A DNA stretch of 64,000 bases. It comes from Dimorphilus gyrociliatus. Its lineage: Eukaryota; Animalia; Annelida. Positions 39,122-50,604 of this stretch are shown here, piece by piece. The stretch's first letter is position 1. Each line of letters begins with the position of its first letter. The translations under genes and the position numbers were made by a program. The stretch spans positions 1 through 64,000 of the forward strand of contig CAJFCJ010000028.1 of NCBI GenBank assembly GCA_904063045.1. The letters are read 5' to 3'. The notes beneath the pieces were generated by a model. That model was not told the origin of the DNA. It worked only from the letters and a program-made list of their open reading frames with translations, and ran no database searches.

Positions 39122-39616
39122 ATGGAAGAAGCCCCACCTCCATACAAAAACCCTGAAGGTTATAGCCAACCGAATAATCCAGGATACCCTCCACCTCAAC
39201 AGAGCTATCCACCTCAACAGGGATATCCACCTCAACAGGGATATCCGCCCCAACAGGGATATCCACCTCAGCAAGGCTATCCACCCCAGCAAGGCTATCC
39301 ACCTCCAAACTATCCTCAGACTCAGCAAAGTTCGCAAAATACGACTACAACAACTACTGTAATTAGTGCTCAACCTATGCAAACGGTCGTTGTTGGTGGC
39401 GGTTGTCCTAGGTGTTTGGTTAGTAGTTTTGTTTAAATAATTAAATTAATTTTATTACCGTTAAAATTGACAAACAAACATAAACATTAACAGAATGGAG
39501 TTATGAGACAACAATTTACAGTATGTGGAATAATTTTGGCGATATTATTCTTTCCATTAGGATTACTTTGCTGTTTCTTAATGCAAGAACGAAAATGCTC
39601 GAATTGCGGTTTTTAA
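39122..39616 (+). CDS. BRI3: BRI3 (brain protein I3)/LITAF-like membrane-associated Zn-binding protein, paralog a; exons 39122-39418, 39494-39616
   Basis: PPPY, YPPQQG repeats, then GGGCPRC|LNGVMRQQFTVCGIILAILFFPLGLLCCFLMQERKCSNCGF*. Confidence 0.85.
39191..39298 (+). repeat. Coding tandem repeat, 6 x 18 nt (PPQQGY) in BRI3 paralog a
   Basis: Units such as CCACCTCAACAGGGATAT, with synonymous variation and no spacers. Confidence 0.95.
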
Positions 39617-41037
39617 ACCGGAAGACGAATAACAAAATTTTTAAGAACTTATGTATACATTTAAAGGCACAAAAAGAAATATTAAATATTATGCTATGAA
39701 AGACGAAAGGGAGATATTAATACATAAAAAACATTATTTATACATACATAAAGTATATACTATTTTTTTAATCTATAAAACTTTCATGTTACACAATTTA
39801 TAAATTTATTTATTCATTGTTATACTGTTGCTAACAATGACACTCAATACATAACAACACTTGGATACTTTTAAAATATTCTGTCAAATTTGTGCCTAAC
39901 CGAAAATTTTCCCTTATTCGCATGATTATGAGAATAAAAAGATATTGTTTTTTTTAATACAATAAAATAGAAAACAAGTTCAATTAAATAGCGAAATTTT
40001 TACATTTTCAGTTTTTTTTTTATTTCCTTAATAGTTCCATTCGATTCTATAGATATTTCTTTTTATTATTTATTATAAACCTATTTGAATTGTTCTATTT
40101 TTCTTGGTTATTAGTTAATAATTGATATCATGGTATAACCTATACTGTTTAGTTCTTTATTAACCTTTATCATTTTTCTATTTAATTAGTTATTCACAGG
40201 GTAAATTTTGAATAAATATCGTAAGTAAAAGGGTTGAAATTCATTGTCTTTGTAATTTTGATAAAATTTCCTGTACCTGGTTTTTTTTATTAAAGGTAAA
40301 CGTTCTTTAAATATATGTATATGGTGGTAACTAAATCGATTACGTTCTGTTTTCTTCAAGAGATTAATCAAAGCAGAATTGTACAACAAATATAATAGGT
40401 CATTTTTTCGAACATAAATGTGCACTGAAATAGAGCAAGACCTAGCAGACGAAAAATCATTTGAACATGAATCACGCACTGAAAGGTAAATTATTATTCA
40501 TTCCCCCCTCCTCCCAACAATGTCCATCTATTAAAAGCTTATATATAAATATACATATATTAATAATATCTACGTCATAGGGAGATTTTCGTACTATTAA
40601 AATTTAGACCCTCGCTTTTCAATGATATATATTTTATGTGGTGTTTTTTGCAATTATCTTAACTTTAACCTTCTATATTATGCGGCTGTAGGAGTAGTTG
40701 AAATAATAAAAAGCCATAATAACTAATGCAATTTTAATGATTTATCCAATTATAACAGTATACAAAGAGACAGACAGAAAGAGAGGATAAGCAACGATTT
40801 ACCATTCTATTATCTATAAGGGTAATTTTTTAGCATTTAACAAATTACGAAAGAGTTTTTTTCAGAAAATATTGTATTATTTAAAGATAACTGCTTATGT
40901 ATACTATATATACTTTACACATGATACAATCGCTTTTAAAATGATGTTTCTACATTGTCGTTAAAACTTTTAAATTTAAATTAATGCATTATTTTTTTAA
41001 TTATAGCAACTTATTATTGTTTCTATTATATCGTACA

Positions 41038-41571
41038 ATGACCTCAAATTATCAACAGCAACAACAATTTCCTGTAAATCAATCTTTTGACCCTCCACCT
41101 CCGTATAATGATACAGTTCATACCCAATTCCAAGGATCTCACTCAGCTACTAATCCTGTTCAACCAATTATACAACGTACTATAATAGTAGGGGAAGGAA
41201 TTTGCCCGATGTGTGGAGTAAGACTTTTAATTTTAACATTTTATTTTAGCATATATTATAAACATGAATGAAATATGGCATTTTCATCTGTTTTTTCTTT
41301 TAAACTTTAATTACCTAGGCGCTTGTTTAAACACTAAATAGCAGAGTATGACGATATTTTTTAAAGACAAAGCAAAACTTTCTACTTAAATGATTCATTA
41401 AAAGTGTTTTTTTTTCTTACGTATTTTCAGACAGGCGTATTGGCAAGCTCCTGTTCCGTGTGGGGTTTCTTGTTTGCTATAATTTTCTTTCCTATAGGCC
41501 TTCTTTGTCTATTTGTTATTCAGGACTATAAATGTAGATCGTGCGGTTTTGTCGAAACGAGAATTTGTTGA
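41038..41571 (+). CDS. BRI3-like paralog b; exons 41038-41217, 41431-41571
   Basis: PPPPY...GICPMCG|TGVL...FAIIFFPIGLLCLFVIQDYKCRSCGF. Same phase-0 intron just after the first CxxC. Confidence 0.8.
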
Positions 41572-42444
41572 ATAAACAATAAGAGACAACGGAATAAAAT
41601 TTAAACGAGAAGATACAATTAAATGTTACATAATCCTAACTATACAGCAGTGCCTTATAGAACTTAGAAAAAAATGTTCTATGGTATTTTGTGCTTTATT
41701 TTGAAAACAATTTAATTAAATTTCCTGTGAAGCTTCCTTAATAGAAATACTTTATTTTTAGATAAAAAATAAGGAAAATGAAATAGTAATACAAACACGA
41801 TATTACTTTGTCATTTACTAGTACAGTTTTAACAAGTTGTTTTTTTTATGTTTTATTTAAATCGCTAGATGGAGCTAATATCTATCTATATGAGAAAATA
41901 TAGAACGTTTCCTTGAGAGTCAATTAGAGGAAAGTGGACAATATAAATTATTGTCTTTACATGGTTTAAATATAAACTTTCTCTTTAGTTGTTAATAAAC
42001 AGTAGAAGGAGAAAGTAAAACATCTTCTAAGAATAAACAATATATCGTGTTAATTGTTCGGCAAATTAAAGAGATAGAAAAGAAGAAAAGAGCAATTATA
42101 TAAAGAACACAATAGTAACATTTTAATCCGCGAATTAAGAGGAATCTGTTCAAGAATATATTCTATAGTGGTTAATACAAGTAAGTTGATATTATTCAAA
42201 TTAGTATCGACTAAAGCTAAAACTGAGGTAACATAATGTAAAGCATCTCTTACTGTCCAAGAAAGTTAAATTGAAATTTATGTTAACTTTGGAAGAATGA
42301 AAAAGTCTTACTTACCCCCTCCGACAAGGAAAGGCAAGCCCCTCAATGTTATAGTAGTTCTTGGATCATTTATACTTTATCTACTTTATTTGTTGTTGTT
42401 GAACACTAAATATACATAGCTATACTATTCCTATACTTGACAGA

Positions 42445-42731
42445 ATGAAAAGAGAAAGTGAACAGGAACGATATGTCCCAGTCGTCAGGAATAATAATTG
42501 TCCAAATTGTCAAGTAAAACGGCAATTTTCTCCTTTGTTTTAATTACTTTATCCCGATTAATTAAAAAAGCTTTTTTTTCTTTTTTTTTCTTAAAATTAC
42601 AGCTTGAAGAGCTGGAAAAACAATTCACCTGCTGTGGGATATGTGTAGCTATAATCTTCTTTCCTTTCGGGTTGATTTATTGTTTAATTACAAGAGAGGT
42701 CGAGTGTTCGAGATGTGGATATATCAATTAA
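42445..42731 (+). CDS. BRI3-like paralog c (short N-terminus); exons 42445-42513, 42603-42731
   Basis: NNCPNCQ|LEELEKQFTCCGICVAIIFFPFGLIYCLITREVECSRCGY. Same intron position. The start ATG sits immediately after a CAG acceptor. Confidence 0.75.
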
Positions 42732-44455
42732 TTAACTTATCAAAAAAATAATATCCGTAGCTTTTATCACCTAGTTTATATTTAGTTAACGTGGGAAGTA
42801 TTTGAATATTTGATTCCTGCGATATAAAATTACGCTTTGTATTGAAATTAATATTTTCTTTCTTACATTCTCATGGTCCTTACTTATTAGATAAAAATAT
42901 TATATTTTATTCCTTAGTAAGCTTAAATGGAATCTTTATAAAATGGACATAAGTACAGTAAGAATACCAGCTAATTAACTTTAATAATTTAAAATAAAAA
43001 AAAAAAGATATCTTACAGGTGGCACTAGTATTTCTTTCTTTTTCAGATATTTCTATTCTAAATGTTATGTACCTAATAAAAATTGACTTTTCCCTCAGTT
43101 TTAACAATCGATAAAATACTAGACTAAATTGATTCTATTTCGCAGAATTTTTATAAATAGTCTTGAAAAAAGTCATTAAAAAAATAAGTCATATAACATA
43201 CGCATAGTTTTTTGTGTAGGTTTTTATATATCATACACACTCTTTAAACATCTATATATACAGTATATATATTTTCTCCTAAGAATATTTAGACTTTTTC
43301 TTCAAAAGATACGGATACTTTATCATTTCATTTTTTTTGCCACTCCCCTAGATATAGACAAAAATTATATAGCTGATTTAGAATCTATCATTTTATTGAC
43401 GTTATTACATATGTTACGAAAAATAAAGATTCAATATATGTTAATTAAAGGTTTATCGACCGTGTTAAAAGAGAAAAAAGACGGTCCTGTAAATATTATT
43501 TGATTTCTTTAAAGCTATGCACACTTGGATAACTTACGAGCAATTCATTGAGTTATATCTATTTAATAAATTTATTGACAATTACTATATCTATAGATAT
43601 ATTGTTTGAAAAGAAAAAAGGGCTATTGAATAAATTTAAGGAAAATAATAATTCAACAAATATTACAAATTAGAATAAGCATTGTTCTTGTCAAATAGAG
43701 ACAATGTTGGATTTTATTAAACTCGCCGTATATATTATGTTACATAAATATACACACACATATATATATATATATACAGTATACAGCATATATACATAGA
43801 AATAATCCATTAAACATTTTATAGTATATAGGCTTAACAAGTAGGTGCTTTTAATACGAGTGGACTCTCCTTTTACTCAAAAAAGTAGGCTATTATTGAT
43901 TAATATTTGGCCAATATGATTACCTTATTGATCCGTCACGTTCAAACAAACGGCAGCAACGATTCAACACGAAAAGTATGACATTAGCGACGATTTTTCT
44001 CGTTTTTCTACCACATATACAGTTAACTTTTTGTGCAAGTAAGTTGTCTTTTATTGACATTTATTTTACATTTCCATCTGAGAATTAATTAAGTTTGTAT
44101 TGAAAATTCTAATGTGAGTAATACTAATTCCCCCTATTTCTTTCTTACTTATTAATAAAAGCATTGCGGGTAGTAACAACTGAAAAAAATAACTAGGACC
44201 ACTAATTTTCAAATAATTTCAATACTTTCGTTTCTATTTATATTTATTTATTTCTCCTTTTATTTTATGAATAAAGAAATAAATGTACAATTTGTAATCA
44301 CTTAATCTCTTCTATTTTTAATTATACTTATAATAAACGATACATATTTACCAGAAAGAATAATCTTTATCGTTTCTTTTTAATTATTATTAATACTAAT
44401 TATCTGCCGTATTATTTATAATGAATGAAAATTAATTGGAAGTCGTTAAACTGCA

Positions 44456-45099
44456 ATGAGCTTCTTAAATCAGTCGACAGCAAAGCGCTATGGTAATTTG
44501 TAAATAATATAATTTATTGAATTATTCATTTAATGATTTCTTTCTTTGATCTCCTGAAATAAGTTTTAAAAAAAAAGAAAAATAAAATTATTATGTACTT
44601 TACTCGTATTAATAGAATATACTTATCATATCCTGTAGATTCAACATCTTCCAACGATGTCATACCTAAATCTGTTATTACTATTGCCGTTCTCGCAGGA
44701 GCTATTCTCGTTGGAGTTGTTGTTGCCAAGTTAGTAGATATATGCCATGATAAACGTTCCCTTAGGGATGACGCCAGTGATATGAGCGAAAAAACAAAAG
44801 AGTTTTTGAAAGGCGGAAAAGCCCGTTTAGCCCTAATGGCATTTCAAGCTAGTCATAATAAAGAAGAACCGATAAAACCAGATGCGCAGATGGCTGCCAA
44901 GAAAATGGCTAAAATCTGGAGTACTAAAACTAGTAAGAGGACTGCAAAAGCTGCCGCAGAAGCGGCCGGAAGTCCCCCAGTGCTAAAGTCTACAACGGTC
45001 ATTGATCCAGATTCCGGTCAAAAAATTGAAAAGTCAGAGAAAGTGGAGCAACCTCGAACAGAAGTTGAGTTGACAGTTGTTAGAGAAGCTTCCGTATAG
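44456..45099 (+). CDS. Orphan small single-pass membrane protein (about 165 aa); exons 44456-44492, 44639-45099
   Basis: ATGAGC...CGCTATG|GTAATT splices in phase 1 to CCTGTAG|ATTCA, giving MSFLNQSTAKRYDSTSSNDVIPK, TM SVITIAVLAGAILVGVVVA and a Lys/Ala-rich tail. No family recognised. Confidence 0.7.
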
Positions 45100-45574
45100 A
45101 TAAAGTTATCTGTTGCTGTTTCAAGTTATTACAAAACCTGCATAAAAAATATTTATGAAAGTGAAGAATCTCTCCAAAAACGAACTCTTTCTTTCTTACT
45201 TAAAGAAAGAAATAACATGTCTTTCTAATCTCAAAGAACGATTTACTCATTAATATTAGTAATTTAAAATAAAACATTGCTATTTTCTAGGAACATAGCA
45301 AAACGAATTTTTTCTTGAATTTCCTTTTCAGCTGTAAAGAAATATTATAAAAACCCAAATTCTAAAATATAAATAAAATTTTAAGTTTATTGAACAAAAG
45401 TTAAAGTGAAACTTTTATTAAAGAAATTTTTAAATATAAAGCATACGGATTTATTTATGTTTTACTATTTTCCACAAAAATAGGTAAATATCTAAGTAAA
45501 TGCAGATATTTATTAATTTATATATTTCTTGATAGATATAATATTTATATATGGATCAGTCATTGAATGATGTT

Positions 45575-48500
45575 CTATTTTCCTGAAGTTAAGGATTTCT
45601 TTAAATCTTTTATTAACATATTTCCTATAACCATTTTTTCACAGTTTACCTTTACCTTTGCTTTACATTTATCTTTTACAACAACTTGAATAAGAGCATC
45701 TACCCCGTTAGCAACTGTTTTGCTAGCAAATCTATAGACATTCTCCTCAGATGTAGGTACCTGTATTACGTTGGCTACTTCAACAACCCCTCGGCATATC
45801 GCTTGAGGATTGACTTGATTCATTGGTAGATCAATTGTTGCTTCACTTTCAGTCATACCAGTTAATTTTCCTAAAAATGTTCAGACTAGTTATATCAAAA
45901 ATTATCGAAAAATAAGCAATTTTCACATACCCATTAGAGATTTGAAATCGTTATCTGTTAGAGTATTGGGTACTAAAAGTTCTCCTACAGGGGCAGTTAT
46001 GTTAACACTATATTGTTTATCTCCAACTCCAATATTAAATGTGGCAGCTTGTGTTGTGTCATTGAAGTTTATAGACATATATGATGAAATTGTTGAACCT
46101 CCACCAACAACGGCTGGAAACAGCTACAATTAATTATCAATCTAAAAACAAAAAGAAAATTGTTCTTACGTATAATGGGAAAATCGTCTATTTCCACACC
46201 AGTCGGCAGTTTCTTGTCTTTCAACCTAATGTTCTCCAAAGGTTTCGATAAAGTATTGTTAAAAATTAACTCAACCGAGGTGAACTTTGGCGAAAAAGCA
46301 GACAATGTTCTGGTAAATCTGTACTGAATATATAAACCATCACCGGTTATTCGATTAAGTAGCTCTCGTAGAGGTTGTTCTACTTGGACATGAATTGTTG
46401 TAGGCTGAAAAACAGGCAATGTAAAATATTTATATTTTCTTCATTTAGAAATTGATTACATTTATAAAATTGGACCCAGCAGACATCGCAGACGTTACTT
46501 CACCGCTCATGGGCTGAAGAACACCAGTATTTGAAAATGGAACTGTGACTGTAGGTGCTGGTGCTGCTGGTCCAACTGAAAATTTAAGAAATTTAAATTT
46601 AATATAAATAAGGTATCGAAAAATTATTTTTTTTACTTACAATCGTCTAAATCTAATAAGTTCACAACATCTGTTTTCTTCTTTTCTGAAACCTTTTTCT
46701 TCGTTTCAATTTTCTTCTTCTTTTCAGGCACTTTTTTGACGGGAACTACCTCTTCTTCTGAACTCTCTTCTTCACTAGACTCTTCTTCGCTGGACTCTTC
46801 CTCTGAGCTCTCGGTTGTTTCAGAAATAAGTTTTGGTCTGTGCATTTCTTGTTTGGAAGTTGTACGTTGTGGACTTTCAAAAGATGTATTTACTACGCTT
46901 TTAATAGGTGCATGATTGGTCTCATCCTCGCTGGATTCTTCCTCTTCTTCTTCTTCTTCTTCTTCTTCTGAGTCTGTGTCTTCACCCTCACTTTCAGACG
47001 ATTCCTCTTCTGACACTTCTTCGTTTTCATCGTCATCCTCTTCTTCAGAAGATGCTGTAGAATCGGCACCCTCCGTTGTGGTTGATCCATCACTCTCGCT
47101 ATAGAAAGATTTCTTTTCTTTAATCTTTTTGCCAATTCTTCCTGACGGCACATGTGCGGGAGTAATTTCAATGTCCCTAACTTTCGGATCAGGTGCTACT
47201 TCAGGCCACATGGGCAAATCATGATATCCAACAGCAGCTTGATTAATCATGTGCGATAAAGTACCTAATTGAAATTGATCTCTATCTGTTTTGAATTATG
47301 ACATTGAAAATTTTGAATACTAAATTACATTATTAACCTTTGAAGCGACTTTGTAAAACTGGTGCTGGTTTAGAACACAAAAATATTTTCTTGGCATATT
47401 TCGAGAGCAGAGATGGTTGATCTCCTGGTAGAACTAGAGCTTTCAAATACCTTGCCCTATCCCGTATATCATAACTTTGATCATACTGAAATAGCAAAGA
47501 ACGTTGTAAGATCGACATATTTATCAATACTATTAATTATAATTACCTTTGCTAAGCTAAAGACATACTGACAGAGGAGCTTAGTTTGTTTCGGATTTGT
47601 TATGCACAATTTTGCAGCTAAATTGAGAATTTGGAGCTTGACGATATCTTCCTACAAGTATATTATATTTGCATTACTTATAGAATATACTCTCGTTTCA
47701 AATTATTACCTCAGTAATAAAAGTTTTAGCCATAATTCTCAAAACATCAGGTGCAATCTTGGGTACTCGATCGGAATATTCACCAATTAACCATAGAATA
47801 CTTGCTCTAGCCATTGGAACAGCTATGTTTTCAGTCATTTTGGCCATTTGAACTATAATGTCCTTATGACCAGAGGGCTGTTTTAGACAATAAGGCTGTA
47901 TTAATTACGAACAAAATAAAAAGAAACAAACTCTAGAAATGGGCAATTAACTAAGCATGCAAAAAATAAAATAAAGGCTTAAACCGCTACTTGGCATATT
48001 TTAATATTTTTAAAAATTTGATTTACCTTCTTTTTTGGTTTCTATTTGCATGATTGAATTAGAATCGACAGAGAAAAGCAATTTATACAATTGATAGTGC
48101 AAAGATTTAAATTTTAACTAACCTGCATTTGAAGTAATTTCTTTATAACAACAACGCTCTCACCAACTACATTCTCTTTTAAATAAAATATAAATGTATG
48201 AAAAGTTATCAATATAGATGAAAAATGCTAATAATTACCATTCCTATTTGATAGTAAATTAACTAATCCATTTAGGCAAGTATCAGTTATTTCGGATATA
48301 TTACTTGCACAGCGACCAATGGCATGAATGGTAGCAGCAGCAAATTCTTGATCAGAACTGGTTACATACGTCTAAATTGATCAGAATATTATTTTTTAAT
48401 ATGTTAGAAAGTAACAAAGATCACTTTACTTGAAATTCTCTTAAAATAGTTGAGATACTCGTTTCTGTTGCCAAGTTTGTCAAAATTTCCAGCTATATTA

Positions 48501-50187
48501 ATATTTTTCTCAATTAAATTTCTCTATTCATAATGATCATAAGTTATTACTTACTTTTAAGAGTTTAACATGCGTTGGATCATTAGAATGTACATAAAAG
48601 CTTTTCAGATATGGTTCAAACATCCCTTTTCTTTGAATAGTCATAGCAGCAATATTAGACAGGACAATATATTGAACCTCCCTAAGAAAATTGCAATTAT
48701 GATACAAATAATTGAAAATTGAGAAAATTAGCAGTAATCAAACAAACTCACTTATGAGATCTTAATAACCTCACTAAAGATTTAGCAACGAAGTTAACTT
48801 CACTTTTTGGAGCACAGTGATAGTACAGTTGAGCCACAGCCATTACAACCTTTACAGTAAAGAAAATGTCAAATCAAATATCATACAAACGCTTATTTTA
48901 AATGAGCTTACAGCTGCATTTCTACTATTTAAAAGAGGTTTTGATGCTCTTAGAAGAAGCCTATGATCCATATCCATGGTATAAGTCTTTTTAGGAACTT
49001 CTTTCTTGTCAGCTTCGCTATCTGATGAGTCGTAAAATTTTTGGTCAGGTTCACTTTCCCCATTTTCCTAGAAAACAGTTATATAGTAGCAAGAAAAATA
49101 TAAAAATTGACTTAAATTACCTCTAAGTTAGGATTTAAAAATTGTGTTCTTGCATAACGAGTTAGCATATTGATGATCACGACTTGCCCCCATTCTTCAA
49201 CATCCGCTAATAAATTGCACAATTTCCTATAATGCTTATGAATAAGATCAATTCTCTCAGGGCAGACTTCTTCGAAGGCCTGGATAGCCGAACCTGCAAC
49301 AAGCTATCAAAGAGAAAAGATTATTTTCTTTTAATTTTCAAATTGTTCAAAAATTTTACAGTTGTTTTATCTCCCAAAAGTTTCTCAATAACTTCTATTA
49401 AAGCATCTTTTTGTTCATCATCTAAGGAATAAAGTTTTGGAATTGCGTGAGCAGCTGTTTTTCTCACATACGGTGACATGTCCATTACGGCTTCTTTAAT
49501 CGCCAGCATCATTATGGGTACAATCATTGGTACTCTTATGCTGGACAATACACGAAGAGCACTAGCTCTTATTAATTGATTAGGATCTTTCAAAGCTCTT
49601 TGAAATGTTGATATTGACAGTAAAGCAAGATCTTGCTGCTCTTCAGCATATCTTGTCAAATATACATAAACTAGTTTCTTAACTTCCACGTTTTTCGACA
49701 CGACGTTCTTTACAACAGCAGGAAACAAGTCAGATGCATCTTTTCCTTTTGCTATCATCTGTAAACAATTATTATTAAAACCGTATCTATCTTTTTATAA
49801 GAATTCTTACGCCAATAATTCGCTTCATAGCTTCCAGCTTGAGACTATCTTTATTACTATCCAGCATGTCTTTTAGATCATCATGCCTAGAAATAAACAA
49901 GAGTTAAAGATAAATATTGGTTAAATAACTAAATGACAACTCTCTTTTCATAAACAACCGACTTTAGAGTCTAATAACTATTTCTTATATCCTTATTGTT
50001 TACTTCATCTAAGGCTAAAAGGACCATCTTTCGCAATTTGATATTCTATGTCATACCTCTTATAATCATTTGAAAAAAAGCTGCTTGATGCAGGGTCAGT
50101 AGCTGTCTCAACATCTCCTCCCGTCGCCATTGATCTTTCATTAGGGAAAGAATTTTGAAATCCATTCCTCGAAAAATTTATATCCAT
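45575..50187 (-). CDS. AP3B1: AP-3 complex subunit beta, multi-exon
   Basis: [45 protein letters not shown], an acidic Ser/Glu hinge, clathrin box LLDLD and the ear domain [12 protein letters not shown]. Confidence 0.96.
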
Positions 50188-50604
50188 ATTTTATATAGAA
50201 AATAATGTGAATATGGCAACATTCACTGTTCAATAATCAATATGGCAGCACGTAATAATCCCGTAACCAGTTTTTGATATCCGAATAATATCAGGAAACC
50301 TAGCTACGCGTATTAATACAATTTTTCCACTTACAATGTATGACAGTAACATTTCTAATTACCAACAATTATTTATTTATTTATAACACAAAAATAAGTT
50401 TTAAAGTAACTTAGGAGAAGCTTTTATTTAAACTTTTCTATATAATTCTTCGTCTAAACAGTATCAAAAGCAATCTAAAAGAGGAACTATTTATGTCATT
50501 CTGGCGCCAGTTCGATTTTTAGAATATTCGAACGTCGAACAAAATTTGTTATATTTCACGTTCAAGATTTCTGCTTAAAAGTTTCCCCTGTGAACATATT
50601 CAGT
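50188..50604. promoter_or_regulatory. Bidirectional promoter region, AP3B1 / SIX6OS1-like
   Basis: Divergent ATGs about 418 bp apart; an E2F-like palindrome CTGGCGCCAG near 50502. Confidence 0.5.

Noticed and set aside
39048-39382. Repetitive minus-strand ORFs and the 18-nt repeat array as a possible CRISPR
   Set aside because: The repeats are contiguous with no unique spacers, vary at synonymous positions and encode PPQQGY on the + strand. The DNA is eukaryotic and has no cas genes.
46893-47171. Lys-rich and poly-Ser ORFs overlapping AP3B1
   Set aside because: Alternative frames of the low-complexity acidic hinge.
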